A stretch of DNA of 64,000 nt from Malacoraja senta (lineage: Eukaryota), in assembly GCA_038087875.1 (NCBI GenBank), contig CM076001.1, positions 1 through 64,000 on the forward strand. The letters are read 5' to 3'. The number at the start of each line of letters is the position of its first letter. Position 1 is the stretch's first letter. The notes beneath the pieces are model-generated. The model was not told the DNA's origin. It saw only the letters and a list, made by a program, of their open reading frames with translations, and made no database searches. Shown piece after piece: positions 25,901-37,129 of this stretch. The position numbers and the translations under genes were made by a program.

Positions 25901-26760
25901 AGTGAGAAGTTGAGGATATCGGTGTAGACTTTCGCCAGCTAAATGGCACACAATTTCAGAACAATTTCCCAGAGTTTACCCTTTAGAAAACAGATCTGAC
26001 TTCTCCCAGCAGGATACATGGACAGAGCCAAAGGGAGACGGGGTGGGGTGTGGGAATGCTTAGGTGGAACTAGGTTTGCTTTTCAAAGTGGGTGTGAAGG
26101 GAATTGAGCTCATCCAATCGAGATGTGTCAGTTGCTGGAAATGCCACTGATTTTACCCTGGAACCCCTGATGTTTTGCAGGCCCTGTCCCAGTCACCGGG
26201 CATCGATCTGATTGCATTGAGCCTCTGGCTTATTCTAGAAATCTCTCTTAGCATTCCTGATAGCTTTGCGAAGATTGCACAGTGCAAGGTCATCTTTTTG
26301 AAAACCTTTGATCTGTTCTTTAGCAGAGTGAATCTCTGTTCATCCAAGGTTCCTGGTTAGGATAGACCCTAGTGAGTAGGTATTTCAGGTCATGGGAACA
26401 GTATTAATCTAAGACCAACACATCTGTGCACCAATAAGCATTGACCAAATGTAAATGCAGCCACCTTGCCCTTGTCTGAAGATTCCATATGGTCCATGCA
26501 TCAAATGTAGAAACTAGCAGGTTCTATGGAAGGGTCAGGTCTGAGTGATGCTTCAGTGAAACAAAGAACAGAGCAATTGCTGATCTCTCTTTGAAACGGT
26601 GGCCTTGCTCTGAGCTCTACACTCTCCAGGCTTGTAATAAAGTTGCAGTCCTGGTGAAGCAATGTTTGGTTGTAACTTCTTTGGAACATGATAAGCTCAT
26701 GAAAGAGTCAATATTAAGGTAATATCCCAGTGGTATGAATATTGATTTCTCTAACTGCAA

Positions 26761-28560
26761 GGATGGTATGGTGAGGTATGGTACTTTATTTGTCACAGGT
26801 TCCGAGGTACAGGGAAATTCATCTTTGATTGCAGTTCAGTACAAGTATCACGAAACATAAGCACTTAGATACTTGGTGTCCTCCGCCGCTGCTCCACCGC
26901 TGTAGATCACGTCTGGTCCTCATGCTCGGCCTGTTGGAGCGTCGCCCGGTCCAGCCGTGCCCCAGGCTGCTGCTGGGCCTCCAGTGGCCCACTCCCCCAT
27001 CGAAGCCGTGCACTCCGTCCCGGAGCCGTCTGCTCACTGGCACTCCAGGTGGGTTCCCATGCGTCGATCCGAGGCGGGCAAGCTGGGAGGTCAGGGCGGG
27101 TTCTGGTCCACGTGTTCTCCATCTGTGGCGGGCGAGACCCCAGTCTGTGGCGGGCGAGATGGGCGGGTTAGAAACATAAAAACATAGAAAATAGGTCCAG
27201 GAGGAGGCCATTCGGCCCATCAAGCCAGCACCGCCATTCATTGTGATCATGGCTGATCGTCCCCAATCAATAACCCGTGCCTGCCTTCTCCCCATATCCC
27301 TTGATTCCACTAGCCCCTTGCTCTCTATCTAATTCTCTCTTAAATCCATCCAGTGATTTAGCTTCCACTGCCCTCTGTGGCAGGGAATTCCACAAATTCA
27401 CAACTCTCTGGGTGAAAAAGTTTTTTCTCACCTCAGTCTTAAATGGCCTTCCCTTTATTCTAAGACTGTGGCCCCTGGTTCTGGACTCGCCCAACATGGG
27501 GAACATTTTTCCTGCATCTAGCTTGTCCAGTCCTTTTATAATTTTATATGTTTCTATAAGATCCCCCCTCATCCTTCTAAACTCCAGTGAATACAAGCCT
27601 AGTCTTTTCCATCTTTCCTCATATGACAGTCCCGCCATCCCAGGGATCAATCTTGTGAACCTACGCTGCACTGCCTCAATCACAAGAATGTCCTTCCTCA
27701 AATTAGGAGACCAAAACTGTACGCAATACTCCAGATGTGGTCTTACCAGAGCCCTATACAAATGCAGAAGAACCTCTCTACTCCTATACTGAAATCCTCT
27801 TGTTATGAAGGCCAACATTCCATTAGCTTTCCTTACTGCCTGCTGTACCTGTACCCCAACTTTCAGTGACCAGTGTACAAGGACACCCAGGTCTCGCTGT
27901 ACCTCCCCCTTACCTAACCTAACCCCATTGAGATAATAATTTGCCCCCTTGTTTTTGCCACCAAAGTGGATAATCTCACATTTATCTATATTATACTGCA
28001 TCTGCCACGCATCTGCCCACTCACTCAACCTGTCCAGGTCACCCTGCAACCTCGTAACATCCTCTTCACATTTCACACTGCCACCCGGCTTTGTGTCATC
28101 CGCAAACTTGCTAGTGTTGTTCCTAATTCCCTTTTCCAAATCATTAATATATATGGTAAACAGTTGCGGCCCCAACACCGAGCCTTGCAGCACTCCACTC
28201 GCCACTGCCTGCCATTTTGAAAAGGACCCGTTCACTCCTAATCTTTGCTTCCTGTCTGCCAACCAATTTTCTATCCACGTCAACACCCTACCCCCTATTC
28301 CATGTGCTCTAATTTTAGTCACCAGTCTTTCGAGACCTGGTCTCCGACACGGGTCGCGGTTCCACCATCTGCGGTGGGTGAGCCAGGCCTAGCGGGTGGG
28401 TTCTTGTCCACGGCACATGTCTTTGGCGGGTGAGCTGGGCCTACCAGGCGAGCAAGTCCTCAGTCTCCAGGGTGCGAGCTGGGGCTTCCTGGCGGGTCCC
28501 CGGTCTCGGGGCCGTATGTCCCCGGGATACTCCCACCACCGTCCGCCGGCCTGGGAAGTT
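26761..28560 (-). mobile_element. GC-rich unclassified retroposon with aataaa plus (TACCA)n tail, interrupted by CR1
   Basis: Tail ggtatggtactttatttgtcacagg at 26775-26800; GC-rich body on both sides of the CR1 insertion. Confidence 0.4.
27168..28325 (-). mobile_element. CR1 LINE 3' part with an intact 351-aa RT/C-terminal frame
   Basis: GVLQGSVLGP, KFADDTK, LVRPHLEYCVQFW; no stops over 1056 bp. Confidence 0.95.
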
Positions 28561-28751
28561 ACCCTTGCATCCCCTCTCTCTCTGTCCCTCCCCCACCCGA
28601 GACATTGTACTAGTTTCACTGTCATCCTGTTGAGTTGCACTGTCTCTATAACTCGTCATCATCTATACCACAGCCAACAATGGACCATTGTGGGATCCAC
28701 CTTTCCTTGATTATCGTTGCTTTTTGCATATCTTTCATTAATTTGTTCAAT

Positions 28752-29460
28752 AAAATTTCCTGATTTTAAATTGTCTGACAATAATCTTAGTGTCTGTAAT
28801 ATGGTCTAGGGCATTTTATTACAGAATAAATGACAGATGATGAGGATGTTTATAGCATGCTGTATGTACAGGCGAATATTATCTTTCATAAGTTTGGTGC
28901 GTGTACAGATGTGGTGAAGATGTCGCTATTTAGAGCATATTGCACTCCACTCTATACTGCGCACCTGTGGTCGAACTATGGAAAGACAAGTTTGCAGAGA
29001 CTAAAGGTGTCATATAATGATGCCATGAGAACACTGCTAAGGAAACCTAGATGGTGTAGTGCTAGTAACATGTTCGTGGCTGCAGGAGTCAGTACTTTAG
29101 AAGCTATCCTAAGAAATCATATGTATAAATTCATTTGCAGGATAAATGACTCTAAAAATGTAATTATTGTGGCCTTGTCAAACATAAGGTTTAGCACTAC
29201 ACGCTACGAATCCCAGCTGTGGAGACACTGGTATCGTTGTCTCGTTGTAGGACATTGATCATTCTTTTTATTCTGGATTTTAATTCATGTATTGTTTTTT
29301 TTTTTTTTAATATATAATTTATGATGCTTTTATAAGTGATATACTAAGATTTTGTACGTACTTTATGATGTTTTTTAATATGCAATGCATTTTTATGTAA
29401 TGTTGTCCCTTGTCTGGACCTTGAGTCCGAAATAAAGTTTATTATTATTATTATTATTAT
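28752..29460 (+). mobile_element. RTE-X-like LINE 3' fragment nested in a Penelope terminal repeat
   Basis: LYVQANIIFHKF...VKMSLFRAYCTPLY...LW...YNDAMR C-terminal pattern; aataaa then (ATT)n tail. Confidence 0.65.
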
Positions 29461-30781
29461 GAATGTACCTTCTATATCTCTCCTTTCTCTCTCTCCTGAC
29501 TCTCAGTCTGAAGAAGTCGATGTAAAACATCACCTATCCTGTTTCTCCAGAGATGTTGCCTGACTCACTGAGTTACTTCATATTTTTGTGTCTCTTCTTT
29601 TTAAACCTGTGCTGGAGGTGGACAATCCAGTATATTTGTTCAGCCTGAATCCGGGTCACTTGTGCAGTCCTGGTTTTGTTTGTTTCACCGTTGGCAGTCT
29701 TGCCTTTGACTGCCTCAGTTTCTCACAGATGGAATTGACTCCTGTAATCTGTTCGTTTCTACCTCTCTCCGCTTTAGATCAATCTTAAAACATACCTCTC
29801 CCAGCAAACCTTTCCAATATTTCCATATATATTTTCATTCTACCTAGAATTGATGGCCCAACAACGCCCTTCTATGCCACCTCACAGAGCAATTATGTTC
29901 CCCATTATTTTTCCCTGTAACCTATTCTTCCCACATTCCCAACAATTCCCCCCAGTTTCTGTAACCTTGTGGGTAATTTGGATTCATGGCTCTGTATTGT
30001 TGCATCCTCAAGCACCTGGACAGGGCCAGACATTACCTTCTGAAAACGACTCTCTGCTAGATCCTGTGCATCAGCTGCCGTCAGTTGAGACTTAAAGCAA
30101 AATGTGACTGATTTTGCTAAACTGGTGGTGAGGTGAGCACACTTTCATCCAGTTTTGGGTTGGTTTATAGTTTAGTTTGGAGGTACAGCGCAGAAACAGG
30201 CCCTTCGGCCCACCGTGTCCACACTGACCAGAGATCCCTGCATATTAACACTATCCTACACACACTAGGGAAATGTTTTACATTCACACCTAAGCCAATT
30301 AACCTACAAACCTGTGCGTCTTTGGAGTGTGGGAGGAAGATTTTGGCGAAAACCCACGCGATCATGTCGAGAACGTAAAAACTCCATATGGACAACACCC
30401 ATAATAGTAAGATTAAACGAGAACTTACCAGTTTGAAGTTTGATCTGTATTTTATGAGGAGTTACGATGAGGGATTACGTGAAGACCCCGTCCAGCACGC
30501 ATGCGCGACATTCTTCAAAGCAGCGGTGTGGAATCACAGGAAACACAATAATTGAAATAAACATAGTAAAGAAAAGGAGAACTAAGATACCTGTTGATCT
30601 ATATATTTGAGGGTGGGAGCGGAGGGCACGTAATCCCTCATCGTAACTCCTCATAAAATACAGATCAAACTTCAAACTGGTAAGTTCTCGTTTAATCTTA
30701 CTATTTTACTTCGGAGTCACGTGAGTGACTTCGTGAAGACTTCAAAGCTCTGTGATTTCAAACCGTGTAACAGTTCATACT

Positions 30782-31850
30782 TCACTCGCTGCCGAAGTCA
30801 TTCAAGGGAGGAAGTATGTTATCGTAATCAACCATAATCTGTTTGTAAACAATAATGGTATCTATTAAACAATAACAAAAGACAAAATGCTCCCCCGGGC
30901 TTAAATTATATAATTTTGCAGATTTTAAAACTCTTTCTGCAAATAACACAGGTTCTGCTAGCGGCTTGTGGTAGAACGTTTGGAACGTTTTCTCCATGTT
31001 CATTCTTTTAGCCGCCGATGTGGATGCTGCCCTGGTGGAGTGAGATGTATATACATCAGTATCTACTCCAGCAGCTCCCAGTACCTGCTTGAGCCATCTC
31101 GAGATGGTTTGGCTCGACACCCAACCTTGAGGTTTCTTGTGGCTGACCCATAAGGCTTTTTAATTTATTTATTTATTTATTTATTTATATATATATATAT
31201 TTTTTCCCTTCTCCCTCGAGAATCTCTTGTTGTGTTGATGTAAGTTAATAAGTGAGTCATGACACACAACCGTAGGTCAGGTGGGTATGCCCGGAAATCC
31301 ATAACTAGGACTCAAGTTCCTGGCTTGCTCTGCTTTAGCAGCTCCTGAATGGTGAATGAGACCCGGTCTGGTGTTATAACCATGTTGTCCAGTCGCAGTA
31401 AGTGGAGGGACTGGACTCTTTGTGCTGAGACTAGTAGCATCAGCATGACCGTTTTCAGGGTTAGCTTTTCCAGGGTGAGAGACCTGGCTGGGGACCATCC
31501 CCTTAGGTATGTCAGGACCACACTGACATCCCAGATTTGTGTATACCTAGGTCTAAGAGGGTTGGAGTTGACGATACTCCTCATGAGTTTGATCACCAGC
31601 GGGTGAGACCCTATGGCCTGTTGTCCTGGCACCTGTTTTAAGTAGGCTGACAGCGCACGTCTGGCAGTATTGATGGCGCTGTAGCTCAATCCTTCATTAT
31701 GGTGAAGGCTCCCCAGGAACTCCAGTACATTGGTTATGGTTGCAGATGAGTACGTTGTCCCAGTAGTCGAGCAGTATCTTTCCCACTTCCTGATGCTCGA
31801 TAGGTATTGTTTCCTGGTGGACATACGGTGTCATCATGTTGATGGTCCTG
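30782..31850 (-). pseudogene. DIRS tyrosine recombinase, disrupted
   Basis: STRKQYLSSIRKW, LTLKTVMLMLLVSAQRVQSL, SQTISRWLK, HSTRAASTS, TFQTFY. Confidence 0.88.
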
Positions 31851-31929
31851 TCAGACAATCCCAGTCCCAGCAGTGGTCTTTTGATAATCTGCAACCCAGT
31901 AGGTTAATTTTGGCATGGCATGGATGACT

Positions 31930-33740
31930 TATGCCTGATACAGGGTGCGTCAATAGGTCTGGGCTACTGGGAAAGGTCATAGGAGTGTCGATGACCATGT
32001 CGAGGACCACTGGGAATCATGGCTGTGTAGGCCAGTTGGTACTATCAAAATACCTGAAGCAGAGTCCATCTGTATTTTGCGTAGTACCCTACAGATTAAG
32101 GCAGAAGGGGAAAAAGCATAGAAGAAATCTGTCCCCCAGTTCAGCGCGAATGCATCTATCGCTGCTGCCTCAGGGTGTGGTTCCCAAGGGACATACATTG
32201 GTACGTGGTGATTTAGTCTGGATGCAAAGAGATCGATATCTGGTGTGCCATATTGGTTTGTAATTTTAGCAAAGCTCTAGGATTTAACATCCATTTGGTG
32301 TTTATCATTGAATTTGCATGACCTGGCACTGTATTTAGCTTACCTGGTAGGTAAGTTGCTGATAGCCAAAAATGTCTATCGACCCACCATTACCAGATTG
32401 TGTTGACCCAATTGTCACATGATATCGATTTTATTCCGGCCATATGGTTAATATAGGCCACCACCGTGATATTTATCAATTTGTAAATGAACATGCAAGT
32501 TGTGCATATTCCTAGAATATGCTTTAAAACCATAAAACGCACCCAACATTTCCAAATAATTTATGCCCAGTGTTTGTAGTAAAGACGAGTCTAGGTTAGT
32601 CCATCTACCACCTGTGCTGGATATGGTATTAGTTGCTCCCCAGCCTTGAGCACTGGCATCTGTTTGTATAGTTAACGTTGGGTTATTGATGATGATAGGG
32701 CTGGAACTATGCCAAATGTGTTATATGCACCATTGTAACTCTGATATTGCTTCAATGGGTAGTTTCATGGATCTGTCAAAGTGACCTGCATGTCGTTTCA
32801 ACGCCTGTACTTTTGCCCTTTGTAGGTGCTGATAGTGCAGGAGTCCAAATTGTGTAGCTGAAAATGCTGCTACCATTTTGCCAATTACTCTTGCCACTTG
32901 TGGGATGGTTGGTCGATTGCTTACCATTAAATTGTTGCACATCTGTGCCAATTCTGCTGCTTTACCTTTTGGCAACGTTACAGACATGTGGATTGAGTTA
33001 ATTGAATCCCAGATAGTCCATAGTTGTGGATGGCGTCAACTTAGATTTATCTGGATGTATGACAAACCCAGGGTTTCAAACTATTATTTGGTAGCTAATA
33101 CAGCTGATTTAGCCAACTCCATGGTTTTGCCAACTATTAGGATATCATCAAGATACGCCATGACAATATGTCTTTGTTTCGCTAATGTTGCCAAGGCTGG
33201 TTTTAATATCTTGGTAAATAGTCTAAGGCTGATGTCAACCCATTAGGCAATACTTTATACTGCCATAGTTGCCCCATCCAGGTAAATTTTCAGGTATCTG
33301 CGATGACCCTTGTGAATGGGTACTGAATAGTAGGCATCTTTTAGATCAATGCTTGCCATAAAGTATCCTTTGGAAATCAGTTGTTTAGCAGTTACAAATG
33401 TTTCCATTTTGAAATGTACATACTTAACAAAGGTATTTAGTGAGGTTAAGTCAATGATGATGCGACATCCACCATCTTTTTTACTTTTGGTAAATATATT
33501 TGAGACAAATTCCAAAGGATCATGTTTGGATTTCTCAATGACACCCTTTGTAAGTAACCTCACCAGTTCTGCTTGAGCCTCTAGTTCTCTTTGACTGAGA
33601 GGGTAAAGACCCTTTGGGTACGTGCTGAACTGGTGGCATGTTTTCGTGAATGAACTCTATTTTGTATCCCCGAATACTGTTAAGTATATAACTATCATTC
33701 GTGAGACACCTCCTGTTAGTACAGTTCCCCATTTACATGC
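31930..33740 (-). pseudogene. DIRS pol (RT, RNase H, N6-adenine methyltransferase-like), frameshifted
   Basis: KKDGGCRIIIDL, IDLKDAYYSV, MAYLDDIL, IQTDASAQGW, INYLEML, IDLFASRLN, AIDAFALNW. Confidence 0.9.
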
Positions 33741-33929
33741 TGGTAGGAACCAAACCCACCTACCTCCATGGTTATGGTAGTGTTCCTTTCTTCCGTTTGT
33801 TCATCGGTCGTTATACTGCTGGATGTACTGTTGATGTACTGCTGATTGGGGGTGGCGCATTTTCCATGGGGTCCGCTCTGGGCCCTGGCCTAAAAAGGCT
33901 TTCGGGGATAGTATGCGGACCCCGAGCTT

Positions 33930-35050
33930 TCACCAGTGACATAAATTTGACCTTGACTGGTGGACGCGGTGGGGTACTGCCGTCTGGTTTTTTGTGTGGG
34001 TCTGCTCGTTCCGGGGCCTGCCCTCATGAGGCCAAATGCTTTGGACTCCTCCTCCAGGTCTTTCACTTGTCCTTCCTAATAACAGGATCTGCGGCTCTGA
34101 GGCCGGTGTTTTACACAGTCCTGCAAACCTGGGATTGAGGGCAGGTCTTATTCTCTCCTTGCGGAGGTTATTTATCTCATATTGGGTGTAGCACAGCAGA
34201 GCCAGAGTGTCTTGCTGGTTTGTGGTCATATCCACCCCATCCACGGAACGAGCATAGGCTGTTATCCCTGTCGTCAGGAGCTTGAGGATTTTAGCTCCTG
34301 GTTCCGGATACTCTGTCCCCCCCCCCCCCCAGATTTGGCTGTTAACAGCCGGTACATTGAGCGAACTGCAGTTTTCCAGCTCTAGTGCCTCATTAAGTAC
34401 CTGTCTTGTAGGGGTTTGAGGGACAGGTGGTTGATGCTGGCCGCCAGTTTTGGCTCCAATGGCCGCCCTGCTCGTGGTGAAACCACGTAGCGGATCTCCA
34501 CACCCAGCAGCTCTTCCTGATCCTGTACCCCAAGCGTACTCCCGACATCTTCAGCCAATGACCCCTCTTCCTGACCAGCCCAGCCCTGGTCGCCAACGCT
34601 GCCCTGCTTTGAGGGGAAAGCGATGGCCAGTGCATTTATAGAGCACTGCTGTGGGAGTGCCTGATCCCCCTGGCGAGACTGCTGTAGCTCCTGAAGCAAG
34701 TCTCGCTGGAGCAGTTGCTCCATGAGCCTTTTCATTCGGCTCAGGCGGCTAGCTCTGCCGCTCTAAGGCGGACCCTCCTCATCGGAGTCAGACATAACCG
34801 GCCGGTTTGTTTGTTTGTTTGTTTGCTTAAACTTTTCTTCCAGCCCGCTGCCGCTCATCAGGCTGCGCTAGCGGGACTGGGCTCGGCTCGGTCTCGATGA
34901 GGGTGGACCGCAGCATATGCGGTCCAGGTGCCGCCTCTCGCCCCCCACTGATGGAACACTCCCGTTCTGTTGGAGTCGAACGGGGGGCGGTTTTCTTCCT
35001 TTGCCGTGCTGCTCCTGTTCCCAGTTCCTCTGGAATAGAGAGCAGAGCAC
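33930..35050 (-). pseudogene. DIRS gag-like ORF1 remnants
   Basis: Upstream of RT; ALALL/EINNLRKERIRPALN-type C-terminal pattern. Confidence 0.6.
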
Positions 35051-35624
35051 AGCTTGCGGATTACGACCTCAGTGTAAGACTTACCTGATGGTCCGCTGTT
35101 TAGTTTTCACCGACGTGTAGCGGGAGCGCCTGTACTCCCGGTCGTCGCTGTTGCACTGCGTGAACGCTAATGTCGCGCATGCGTGCTGGACGGGGTCTTC
35201 ACGAAGTCACTCACGTGACTCCGAAGTAAAATCAGGATCAAACGTGAGTCTCTGGCGCTATAAGTGCTGTAAGGCAGTAACTCTACTGCTGCGCCACCGT
35301 GCCGCACCAAATATCTGATAACAGTGCAAATTAGTTTTACAAAAGTTCAGCAACCACAAAAGAGTCATTCAGCAATATCCTCAGGTCTGTAAAGGGCAGC
35401 ACAGCAGCGCAGTGGTAGAGTTACTGCCTTACAGCACCAGAGACCTGACTTCAATCCTGACTATGGATGCTGTCTGCACGATGTTTATACATTCTCTCTG
35501 TGACCACGTGGGTTTTTTCCGGATGCTCTGGTTCCCTCCCATTCCTCAAAGACACACATGTTTGTACGTTAATTGGCTTCCGTAAAATTGTAAATTGTCC
35601 CTAGTGTTGGATAGTACTAGTGTA

Positions 35625-35768
35625 GGGGGTGGGGTAGGAGATTGCAACCTTCACGTGGTCCACCCTGTTTCGACTAATGCAATCAACCCGACGTGCACAA
35701 ATAAATAGATCAAATAGAACAAGTTGACCTACAATTTTAGGCTGCGCACGCCAGACGCAAGAAGAAGA
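35625..35768 (+). mobile_element. About 143-bp ribozyme-headed retroposon, family A
   Basis: Starts within 1 nt of ribozyme G1, ends (AAG)n; AGTGTA duplicated at 35619-35624 and 35769-35774. Confidence 0.85.
35626..35684 (+). ncRNA. Minimal HDV/CPEB3-like ribozyme, copy A
   Basis: P1 GGGGUGG/CCACCCU with G1-U wobble; P2 GAUUGCA/UGCAAUC; P3 ACC/GGU; L3 UUCACGU; GUUUCGA in place of P4; J4/2 CUAA with putative catalytic C at 35674. Confidence 0.88.
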
Positions 35769-36052
35769 AGTGTATGGGGTGATTGCTGGTTGGCGAGGAC
35801 TCGGTGGGCCGATTGTATCTCCAAAGGTTATCCTGTTCCGTGGCAGATATATTGTAGATATTAGACTTCACTATCTGAAGAAATTCTGATGCGTTCACAA
35901 AGTTGCATTGGCTAAATTGTCTCTGATGTAGATTGAACGTAGAATAGGACAGCATAAGAACAGGCCCTTCGGCCCACAATCTATGTGCCAATCCAGAGAC
36001 AGTTCATAGTCAGAGCATCAGAACCAGCTCACAATGTAAACACTCCTGAACG

Positions 36053-36164
36053 CAAAGCAGCCATGGAGGCCGCAGTGGGCCAAAGCAGCCATGGACGCAG
36101 CAGTGGGCCAAAGCAGCCATGGAGGCCGCAGTGGGCCAAAGCAGCCATGGAGACAGCAGTGGGC
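36053..36164. repeat. 28-bp tandem repeat x4 (CAAAGCAGCCATGGAGGCCGCAGTGGGC)
   Basis: Directly visible. Confidence 0.95.
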
Positions 36165-36659
36165 CATATGCTCCCTAACACTGTACCTTCCTCCTGATGA
36201 ACACTAGGATCACCAGACCCCATGCGGAGGGCATGGGAGAGTAAGCCATTAATCTCTGTGGTAGGTACACATTTTAAGTGCCTTCATTATGGTGAAATCA
36301 TTGTCCATTTATTTGACACAATGGTAAATGAAATCTTTTACAACTCTTTTCACAATCCAGACCTCAGGTATCTGGTTGAAAACTAATAATCAATGCCAAG
36401 ATTAGACATTAATTGGATAAACTCTTGGCTCTTATGTCTTTAGATGGCATTGACTTGAGCAAGACTTTAATGGAATCTCATGATCCAGTTTATTTGTAAA
36501 ACATATCAGTTGAAATGACCACAGCACAAGCCAAGACAGATGTCACTAAAGCTGATTATTTAATACAGTTCACTGGAATGCTAAAAGTCTCTTGATAGAA
36601 AAACGGAATCATTTTGCTCCTTCTTCAGTGGGTGTTGTCCTTATATGTTCATGTTGCTT

Positions 36660-37075
36660 GAGCAGACTAAGGCCATTCAGCCCATCACGTCTACTCCGCC
36701 ATTCAATCGTGGCTGATCTATCTTTCCCTCTCAACCCCATAAGCCCTGCCTTCTCCCCATAAGCCCTGACACCTGTACTAATCAAAACTCTGTCAATCAC
36801 CGCCTTAAAAATATCAACTGACAGCCTCCACAGCAGTCTGTGGCAATGAATTCCACAGATTCACCACCCTCTGATTAAAGACATTTCTTATCATCTCCTT
36901 TTTAAAGGTATGTCATTTTATTCTGAGGCTGTGGCCTCTAGTCCTAGACTCTCCCACTAGCGGAAACATCCTCTCCACATCCACTCCATCCAGGCCTTTC
37001 ACCCTTCAGTTGGTTTGAATGAGGTTCATCCTCTCATCCTTCTAAACTCCAGCGAGTACAGGCCCAGTGCCCCTA
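36660..37075 (-). mobile_element. CR1 3' fragment
   Basis: cctgccttctccccata...gaattccacagattcaccac...ctaaactccagcgagtac. Confidence 0.8.
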
Positions 37076-37129
37076 ACCCAGATATGATGGGTCAATGTTG
37101 ATATTGCCCTGGTGACAAATATGTTGGCA

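Larger units (their letters stand above)
30403..35232 (-). mobile_element. DIRS1-like tyrosine-recombinase retrotransposon with both ends intact and decayed ORFs
   Basis: 35-bp ITR (30478-30512 / 35169-35203); internal complementary region 30627-30740; gag-like, RT, RNase H, methyltransferase-like and YR regions in order. Confidence 0.95.
30160..35306 (-). mobile_element. V-SINE split by the DIRS insertion (30160-30402 and 35233-35306)
   Basis: acaacacccat|aat|caggatcaaac restores the SINE consensus seen in other copies (cacccgtagtc.ggatc). Confidence 0.8.
35394..35822 (+). mobile_element. V-SINE hosting the ribozyme-headed insertion
   Basis: ggcagcacagcagcgcagtggtagag head and V-domain; the tail resumes at 35769. 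Confidence 0.8.

Noticed and set aside
26900-26925. TCACGT motif resembling the ribozyme L3 loop
   Set aside because: Loop length is wrong and no P1/P2 pairing, tail or TSD could be built.
27277-28392. Long plus-strand ORFs of 147-171 aa
   Set aside because: Antisense shadows of the CR1 ORF2.
30782-33740. Phage-like integrase and methylase suggesting a prophage or contamination
   Set aside because: Fully explained by DIRS1 architecture (RT, RNase H, ITR, ICR) inserted in a host SINE.
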